Shown here piece by piece: positions 36,897 through 43,023 of a stretch of 43,023 nucleotides of DNA. A program made the position numbers and the translations under genes. Numbering within the stretch: position 1 is the stretch's first letter; each line of letters opens with the position of its first letter. The notes under the pieces are model-generated. The model was given only the letters and a program-made list of their open reading frames with translations. It searched no databases and was not told the origin of the DNA. This DNA is from Chloroflexota bacterium (lineage in GTDB: Bacteria > Chloroflexota > Chloroflexia > Chloroflexales > Herpetosiphonaceae), in the NCBI GenBank assembly GCA_020161265.1, contig JAIUOC010000003.1:1-43023 (forward strand). Direction: 5' to 3'.

Positions 36897-36925
36897 TTGT
36901 CAATGTTGGCGAATAATGTGATAAT
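36897..36925 (+). promoter_or_regulatory. Candidate sigma-70 promoter for the Ser/Thr kinase gene (TTGTCA-N17-GATAAT)
   Basis: ttgtca at 36897-36902 and gataat at 36920-36925, about 80 nt upstream of ATG 37007 in an AT-rich intergenic region. Confidence 0.4.
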
Positions 36926-37006
36926 GGGGCATCAATCTAGCCTGCAATTTTCGGCACTTGATACTCGAAGCGGATACTCCGTAGTTGACGTTGTAGGATT
37001 ACAGCA

Positions 37007-39931
37007 ATGAAATCATTTGAACATACCCAACTGGGTGAGTATACATTGCAAGAAGAGATTGGCCGTGGCGGGATGGCGCAAGTCTATCGAGCGCAGCATC
37101 AAGCCTATGGTCTGGTTGCATTCAAAGTATTACCACCCTATTTTGCCCACGATAACGATACGCTTCAGCGCTTTATGCGTGAGGCGCGGGCCAATCGCAC
37201 TTTGCACCACCCACATATTGTGCAATTGTATGAAGCCAGCGACATTGCCCAAGCCCAAAACCCCTACCAGCCGATTCACTATATCGCTATGGAATATATC
37301 GCTGGGGGTACGCTGACTGATCGCTTGCGTCAACAGCCGCAACAGCCATTAAACACGACGCTTGAAATGGGTGAGCAAATTGGCTCGGCCTTGGATTATG
37401 CCCATGGCAAGGGTTTTATTCACCGCGATATCAAGCCGAGTAATATTTTGTTTCGTAGCAACGGCCATGCTGTGCTCGCCGACTTTGGGATTGCTCTCGC
37501 CAACAATGAGGCCCGTATGACCAAGGCTGGCGGTTTTGCTGGCACGGTCGCCTATACTGCGCCTGAAATTTTCGAGGGCGAAACCGCCGATGTGCGCTCG
37601 GATATTTATGCCTTGGGCTTGATTCTGTATGAATCGTTGGCTGGGCATAACCCCTATGCCAACATCAGCACTAATGCCCAAATTGCCATGAGCAAAATTT
37701 TAACGACGCCGCTGCCACCATTGCAAGATGTTGCGCCGCATGTGCCCCCGTTAACGGCTGAAATTTTGGCTCAAGCAACCGCCAAAGATCCAATTCGACG
37801 CTTTGCCACGATGTCGGATTTTGTCGAGGCCTTGAAACAAGCTAAATTTAATCGGGTCAGCGATCGACCTGCGCAACAATTGAATGCCAGTGGTCGCCCG
37901 ATGATTCCAATTGCTGGTCGGCCTGGAGCGCCAAATCGCCCACCACCACGCAATCAGCCAAGTGGCGATAACCCAACTCAAGCCTTTGTAGCTGGGGTTG
38001 CTGCCTCATCTGCGGCAGCTGCGGCCATGCCTGAGGCTAACGAAGGCACGATGATCTACACGCCGCCGACACCAAATCCGGTGGTCAATCAACAGGCTGC
38101 GCCACCACCAAACGAGCCAACCCAAATCTACACGCCACCAACCCCGAATCCAGTGGTGCAACAACCTGCGCCAGCGGCCAAGCCGCCAGTTGATGCAACT
38201 CAAATCTACACGCCACCAACGCCGAATCCGGTGGTGCAACAACCTGCACCAGTGGCTAAACCGCCAGTTGATGCAACCCAGATTTATACGCCACCAGCGG
38301 CCAACCCACCGTTGCGTCAAGCGCCGATTACCCAGCCAAATCAACCCTTGCCGAGTGTGCAGTCCCAGCCCAACCAATCGTTGCCAGCTGCGCCGACGAT
38401 GCCGCTGGATAACCAAAGCACCATGATGTACACGCCAAATGCAAGCGTGCCCAATCAGCCAATTCCAAGCCGTACCAACCAACCAGTTGATAACGAAAGC
38501 ACCGTGATGTATCCGGCCTATCCGCCGAATCAGCCACAAGCTTATCCACCGCCAGCAACTGGTAACCAAACCTATATGCCGCCTACGGGTAATCAGGCCT
38601 ATCCACCAGCAACTGGCAATCAAACCTATCAACCTATGGCTGGGGCTTCGCAGCCAAACCAGCAACTGCCAAAAAAGGGGCCAGCGCGGCCAATTAATGC
38701 CCAACGGATTGACCTTGCGCGACCTGCGGCTCCTGTTCAAGCAGCTCAGGCAGCGGAAACTGAATATGCGCCAGCGCCACCGCCCTATGCTATGCCACCA
38801 AAAGCATCGCCAGTCGCGAGAGCCAAGGATTTCTTCCGTTCGCCAAAGGTTCTCGTGGCCTTAGGTAGTGCACTTTTAGCCTTGATTGTGATTGCATTTT
38901 TGAGCTTTGGCCAAGGCGAGGACGATCCAAATATTGCTAGTGGTGCTACGGCTACCTCAGTAGTTGCAGTTGGTGAGAGTACTCCAACGGTTGCGGCAAC
39001 CAATGCGGCCACCCCAACTGTGGCCGAAACCGCCGATCCCCAAGAGGCCAAACGCTTAGAGTATATTGTTGGGCAAGAGGCCTATGCCAAACAAGATTGG
39101 CCTAATGCAGCGGCGGCCTTCGATAAAGTGCTCGCCATCGATCCAGCCTATCTTGATTTGAGCAACATTGGCTCGGCAACTTACTACAATTGGGCGGTCA
39201 GCGAGTTGACTGGCCCCGACAACGTTGCTGAAAGCTTGGAAATTCTCAACAAAACCTTTAGTTTCAAGCCCGACCATCAACCAGGTGGTAACTTAGCCAA
39301 AGTGCTGAATGTCTATCGCAATGGCCAAACTGCCGCCGAACAACAAGATTGGCAAGCAGCGATTAATGGCTATAAAGAAGCCCAAACCGCTGGTAGCGCT
39401 GAGTTTGGCGAGCTTATGGGTAAGCTACAAACCGTCAAGCAATTGTACGAGGCCTATCTTGGACGCGGGCGAGAGCTAGAAGAGGCTGGCGATACCGCTG
39501 AGGCCAATGCGATCTATCGCGAAGCTGCCGCCCTCAAGGATCTGGACAGCAGTTTAGACGTTGCTACTGCTAACACTCGGATTGCGGCAACCCAACCAAC
39601 CGCCGTGCCAGCGACCCCAACTAAGCCAGCACCACCAACGACTGCTCCGGTAGCTCAACGCTTGTACTTCCAAAAATATGCCGAAAATGCGGTTGATCCA
39701 ACCTGTTTTGCCGTGCATATTCGTGGGGTTAACACGGGCGGCTGGTTTGTGACCGTCGATGGGCTAGGCAATCGCGGCAATGTCGATGGCGCTGGTAATA
39801 CCAATGTTTGTGGATTGTCCCCCAGCCAAGAAGTGACCTTCACGGTTTACAATGGCTCTGGGCAAGCCGTGCCAGGTGGCGGCGGCATCCCAACTCGTGG
39901 TGGCGATTTGATGACCGGCTATTGGCAATAA
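37007..39931 (+). CDS. Membrane-anchored Hanks-type Ser/Thr protein kinase with a tandem Pro-rich repeat linker and an extracytoplasmic TPR-like domain
   Basis: VAFKVL (Lys), HRDIKPSNILF, DFGIA and TAPE motifs. (TQIYTPPTPNPVVQQPAPxAKPPVDA)x3-4 repeats. TM helix VLVALGSALLALIVIAFLSF. 974 aa. Confidence 0.9.
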   Translation: MKSFEHTQLGEYTLQEEIGRGGMAQVYRAQHQAYGLVAFKVLPPYFAHDNDTLQRFMREARANRTLHHPHIVQLYEASDIAQAQNPYQPIHYIAMEYIAGGTLTDRLRQQPQQPLNTTLEMGEQIGSALDYAHGKGFIHRDIKPSNILFRSNGHAVLADFGIALANNEARMTKAGGFAGTVAYTAPEIFEGETADVRSDIYALGLILYESLAGHNPYANISTNAQIAMSKILTTPLPPLQDVAPHVPPLTAEILAQATAKDPIRRFATMSDFVEALKQAKFNRVSDRPAQQLNASGRPMIPIAGRPGAPNRPPPRNQPSGDNPTQAFVAGVAASSAAAAAMPEANEGTMIYTPPTPNPVVNQQAAPPPNEPTQIYTPPTPNPVVQQPAPAAKPPVDATQIYTPPTPNPVVQQPAPVAKPPVDATQIYTPPAANPPLRQAPITQPNQPLPSVQSQPNQSLPAAPTMPLDNQSTMMYTPNASVPNQPIPSRTNQPVDNESTVMYPAYPPNQPQAYPPPATGNQTYMPPTGNQAYPPATGNQTYQPMAGASQPNQQLPKKGPARPINAQRIDLARPAAPVQAAQAAETEYAPAPPPYAMPPKASPVARAKDFFRSPKVLVALGSALLALIVIAFLSFGQGEDDPNIASGATATSVVAVGESTPTVAATNAATPTVAETADPQEAKRLEYIVGQEAYAKQDWPNAAAAFDKVLAIDPAYLDLSNIGSATYYNWAVSELTGPDNVAESLEILNKTFSFKPDHQPGGNLAKVLNVYRNGQTAAEQQDWQAAINGYKEAQTAGSAEFGELMGKLQTVKQLYEAYLGRGRELEEAGDTAEANAIYREAAALKDLDSSLDVATANTRIAATQPTAVPATPTKPAPPTTAPVAQRLYFQKYAENAVDPTCFAVHIRGVNTGGWFVTVDGLGNRGNVDGAGNTNVCGLSPSQEVTFTVYNGSGQAVPGGGGIPTRGGDLMTGYWQ

Positions 39932-39942
39932 CTAAATCTGTT

Positions 39943-39983
39943 GCAACGAGCCGCGATCGAAAAATCGCGGCTCGTTGCTATTT
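39943..39983. terminator. Bidirectional intrinsic terminator (15-bp perfect stem) between the convergent kinase and LRV genes
   Basis: gcaacgagccgcgat (39943-39957), loop cgaaaa, atcgcggctcgttgc (39964-39978), then tattt. Confidence 0.75.
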
Positions 39984-41336
39984 AACGAGCATTCAATTGC
40001 ATTTGCGCCAAGCGTTGGACATAGCAATTGCCATCGTTGGTCAATTGTTCGAGCACGTCACTTGGGCAACTTGGGTTTTCGGCTAAAGCTGCTCGTCCTT
40101 GCCACCATGGCGAGTGAACGCCCTTCGTCAGATGCTCAATCGGTGTCGCGGGGTGACCTAACGCCAGCATATGTAGCCATGGATCGAGCGCATACAAGGC
40201 TTCGATTAATCCTCGTTGGCGGGCAAGATCAAGAATTTCAGCTGTGGCCTGCGGGTTTTGCCCAACCGTTTGGCGTATCAGCGAGGCCTGATCTTGCGCT
40301 AGCAGCTCTAGAATTTCGGGAGTTGCGGCTGGGTTGAGCGCTGCTGCTCGGCGAATTGGCACTGCCGACCACGTGTAATCACGCGCCAGCGTCAGCAGTA
40401 ATTTTGGGCTAATGTTGGGATTCCGTGCTAGCGCCGCTCGCACATGCTGCGAATCATCAAGCTCCAATAGTTGATGGACTGTGCGTGGTGTTGCTGGATT
40501 TTGGGCCACCAGTAATCGAATGCTAAGATCGTCGTCTTCAGCCAAAATTGCTAAGCCTTTAATATCATTGGAATGCGCTACTTGAGCTCGTTCGGTTAGC
40601 GGCGCTTCGAGCAATCTTGGATATGTTGGGGTAAAGTCAAGCGTTTGTGGCTCAAGCACAGGCTGTGGCATAGCTGCCGCTCGATTAAAGCGCGCTTGCT
40701 GCTGCTCGGCTGTTGATTGGCGTAGCCAGCCTAACATTGGCTGATTGATCGCATTCAAGCCGATTAATTCTTGTAACAATGTGCTTGCTGTGGCATCGGG
40801 CAAGGCCACTTGTTGTTTGTAATGCTGATAGTCGGCGTACCAATTGGCATCAAACGTAGGATTCGAAGCAACATGCAGTTGCACGGTTTGCGCAATTTCA
40901 GGGCTAATGCTTTGAATCGACGCTAAAATAACTTGGGGAATTGCCGAACAGCTTAAAAACTGCAAACAGCGCAATGGCTCCATTCGCTTAAAAAACTCAG
41001 GATCATATTGGAGCCACGTGGGCAATGCCGGATTCGCCAAAACGCAGCGGGCAGATCGGCGGCAAATTCTAAAGCGAGCATGGGCGGAAGATTGGGGTTG
41101 GCAACTAGCGCTTCGAGCAGCGGCGAGGTTCGGCGTTCTAAGATAATTGCCAGTGGGCCTTGCGGTGCTTGGCTATTGAGGTAAGCAAAACTTGTGCTAG
41201 GCTGAGCTGAATCAGCGCCTTCTTGCAGTTTAAGCCACTCAGCAAGCGCCATTAATTGTTGTGGGTCGGTTTGAGGGTTGCGGGCAAGGCTGAGCATGGC
41301 GGCTTGCTCAACTTGGTTCAGATCGAGCATGATCAT
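39982..41336 (-). pseudogene. Leucine-rich-repeat-variant (LRV) repeat protein gene, apparently split by a -1 frameshift at an A4 run (41039-41042)
   Basis: Upstream ORF (..41345) ends ...ALVANPNLPPMLALEFAADLPAAFW and then runs 28 junk codons. The downstream ORF starts at a TTG with no RBS and reads ANPALPTWLQYDPEFF... Both parts carry LRV-type xNPxxPxxxLxxLA repeats. Confidence 0.5.
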
Positions 41337-41366
41337 TCCTCTCACCCCAAAACTACTGATAGCGTG

Positions 41367-41380
41367 CTACAATCAGCGCT
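41367..41380 (+). promoter_or_regulatory. Candidate extended -10 promoter (TGcTACAAT) for the GNAT gene
   Basis: gtgctacaat at 41371-41380, 26 nt upstream of ATG 41406. The same TGnTACAAT appears at 28755-28764. Confidence 0.35.
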
Positions 41381-41405
41381 GCTTAATTACACTGGAGTAT
41401 ACCCC

Positions 41406-41972
41406 ATGTTTAGCTCAAATCGTTTGACCCTGCGGTCAGTTGGTCAAGAAGATCTGCCGATTTTTCATCAATGGTGGGGTGACCCAGAAATTATGGCCCT
41501 GCAAACCGATGGCGATATTCGGTTACGCCATGAAACCACCAATGTGATGATGTTTGACCATTGGTTTCGTGATGGTGGCAGCGATGTGGGCTTTTCGATT
41601 GAACTCAGCGAGACTGGCCAGCTAATTGGCTTTACCAATGTTTGGGGGGCGCAATTAAAAAATCGCTCAGCCGAATTGGGGATTATGCTCGATAAAGATT
41701 TTTGGAACTGTGGCTATGGCACCGAAGCAATGCATGTAATTGTGCGTTATGTTTTTGCCGAGCTGAATTTTCACCGTTTGCAATTGACTGTGCGCGATTA
41801 CAACCAACGGGCGCAGCGGGTCTATAGCAAAGTTGGCTTTCAAGTCACAGGGCGGTTGCGCCAGATCAATTTTCGCAATGGCCGCTGGCATGATGATCTG
41901 GTGATGGATTTGTTGCAGGATGAATATTTAGCTGCCCATGGAGCCTACCCGCCTAGCCCAACCATGCCCTAA
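41406..41972 (+). CDS. GNAT-family N-acetyltransferase (RimJ/RimL-like)
   Basis: IGFTNVW...LGIMLDKDFWNCGYGTEAMHVIVRYVF is an Acetyltransf_3-type motif. GGAG lies about 10 nt upstream. The track ORF is extended 50 codons. Confidence 0.8.
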   Translation: MFSSNRLTLRSVGQEDLPIFHQWWGDPEIMALQTDGDIRLRHETTNVMMFDHWFRDGGSDVGFSIELSETGQLIGFTNVWGAQLKNRSAELGIMLDKDFWNCGYGTEAMHVIVRYVFAELNFHRLQLTVRDYNQRAQRVYSKVGFQVTGRLRQINFRNGRWHDDLVMDLLQDEYLAAHGAYPPSPTMP

Positions 41973-42026
41973 ATAGCTATAGACCGATCGTAACTTCATG
42001 GTATAGTGATAGACAATCGCGACATG

Positions 42027-42059
42027 AACCGCGCCCGATGCTTTCGGCGCGGTTTTGTA
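42027..42059 (+). terminator. Intrinsic terminator after the GNAT gene
   Basis: aaccgcgcc (42027-42035) pairs with ggcgcggtt (42046-42054), then ttgtatt. Confidence 0.6.
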
Positions 42060-42086
42060 TTAACCTAAATCAACATAGAGGTTGTT

Positions 42087-42695
42087 GTGCAAACGCTACT
42101 CTCGATTATTGAAATTTGTGCCACGATTGCCTTTGCCATTTCGGGCATTATTACTGCTCGCCGCCGTTCATTCGATTTAATTGGCGTATACACGGTGGCT
42201 TTTGTGACGACGTTTGGTGGGGGAACGGTGCGGGATATTTTGCTCGATCGCCGCCCGTTTTATTGGGTACAACAGCCGATTTATCCAATGTTGATGCTTG
42301 GTTTGGCAATTGGCTCGTTTTTTGTGGCTAAGGCTGATTGGGTCGCCTTGACCGAAAAGGCGATTATGATTCCTGATGCGTTTGGTTTGGGCTTGTTTAC
42401 AGCGGTTGGGGTGGCCTATGGCTTGGAAGCTTCGATGCCGCTGTTTATTGCTGCTTTGATGGGCGTGATCACCGCTTCGGTTGGCGGGATGTTGCGCGAT
42501 ATTTTGTGCAATGAAATTCCGCTGGTGTTTCAGCGCAGCACCCAATTGTATGTTACTTGTGCCTTTGTTGGAGCCTGCGGCTATCTCTTATGTACCTATC
42601 TCGGCTTTGAGGCGCTGGCAGTCTTGGTTTGTACTGGAATTACGGCGGCGATGCGTTTGGGTGCAGTGCGCTACGATTGGACGCTACCGATCTAG
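42087..42695 (+). CDS. UPF0126 (YadS/YvgT, TRIC-like) membrane protein with duplicated GGGxxRD motif
   Basis: TTFGGGTVRDILLDR and ASVGGMLRDILCNE, seven predicted TM segments. GTG start with AGAGG upstream. Confidence 0.75.
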   Translation: MQTLLSIIEICATIAFAISGIITARRRSFDLIGVYTVAFVTTFGGGTVRDILLDRRPFYWVQQPIYPMLMLGLAIGSFFVAKADWVALTEKAIMIPDAFGLGLFTAVGVAYGLEASMPLFIAALMGVITASVGGMLRDILCNEIPLVFQRSTQLYVTCAFVGACGYLLCTYLGFEALAVLVCTGITAAMRLGAVRYDWTLPI

Positions 42696-43023
42696 CCGTT
42701 GCAAGGCTGCCTGCGCACTATTGTTGATCATTGTGCGATAAGGGCTTTCGGCCAAGGCAACTAAACTGGCTAAACACGCTTGATAGTGCTCCACGGCTTG
42801 GTCGATCTGGGCGGTTTGCTCATACGACCAAGCCACATTTAAATAGAGCGAAGGCAGAAATTCGCTAATTGCGCTTGATTCCACCAACTGTGCCTGTTCA
42901 AGGGCGATTTGATTCCATTCGAGCATCGTGGCAAGGGGTTGATGCCGTGCACAATAATGCGCCGCGATACAGCGATCTAACGCTGTTTGGGCGGCAGCCC
43001 AAGCTTGTTGATAGGCCGCTTGG
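42684..43023 (-). CDS. Hypothetical TPR-like protein, C-terminal part (5' end lies beyond the window)
   Basis: The minus-strand frame is open from the window edge (QAAYQQAWAAAQTALDRCIAAHYCARHQPLATMLEWNQ...) to the stop at 42684. Confidence 0.4.
   Translation of the reverse strand, partial: QAAYQQAWAAAQTALDRCIAAHYCARHQPLATMLEWNQIALEQAQLVESSAISEFLPSLYLNVAWSYEQTAQIDQAVEHYQACLASLVALAESPYRTMINNSAQAALQRLDR

Noticed and set aside
36935-36960. Candidate sigma-54 -24/-12 promoters (GGCAC...TTGCA-like strings here and at 24655-24670 and 20296-20312)
   Set aside because: The GG-GC spacing is wrong (2-4 nt instead of 10) or the orientation is reversed. None fits TGGCAC-N5-TTGCW.

Overview
This 43 kb window of about 52 % GC carries a conserved tuf(3' end)-rpmG-secE-nusG-rplK-rplA ribosomal cluster. 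After it come a DDAH-like gene, a sigma-54 gene (rpoN), small membrane proteins with a YegS/DAGK-like lipid kinase, an SdhA/NadB-family flavoprotein with a divergent LysR regulator, and two coupled genes of unknown function. Further on are an arylsulfotransferase-like secreted protein, two overlapping receiver-GAF-histidine-kinase genes, panC, a 0.9 kb non-coding intergenic gap with a roughly 600 bp AT-rich core, and a pectin-degradation locus of a CBM2-pectate lyase, a CBM2-rhamnogalacturonan-lyase-like protein and a GH3 beta-glucosidase. The rest of the window holds a TlpA/CcdA thiol-reductant module, a YkgJ-type CxxCxxCC protein, an acyl-CoA carboxyltransferase, two unusual fusion enzymes (RluA pseudouridine synthase with an RlmI-like methyltransferase, and GNAT with a methyltransferase), an ATP-grasp/DinB/HAD three-gene operon, a large membrane-anchored Ser/Thr kinase with tandem Pro-rich repeats, a probably frameshifted LRV-repeat gene, a GNAT gene, a UPF0126 membrane protein and a partial TPR-like gene. 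Gene style (CBM2 fusions, Pro/Thr linkers, many GAF sensors) suggests a Chloroflexota, possibly Herpetosiphon-like, genome; this is inference only. The most striking thing I saw is a family of modular intergenic repeat elements. Short 7-9 nt units (CACGAAG, GAACATAG, GGCTAT[ACG]G, GGATGAA, GGGATCAGG, CCTCTGCGCTTCT) are iterated and mirrored into long imperfect palindromes at eight or more intergenic loci. They bracket single genes or small cassettes as direct repeats, and one sits inside the rplK-rplA spacer. I found no rRNA, tRNA, CRISPR array, IS element or transposase.
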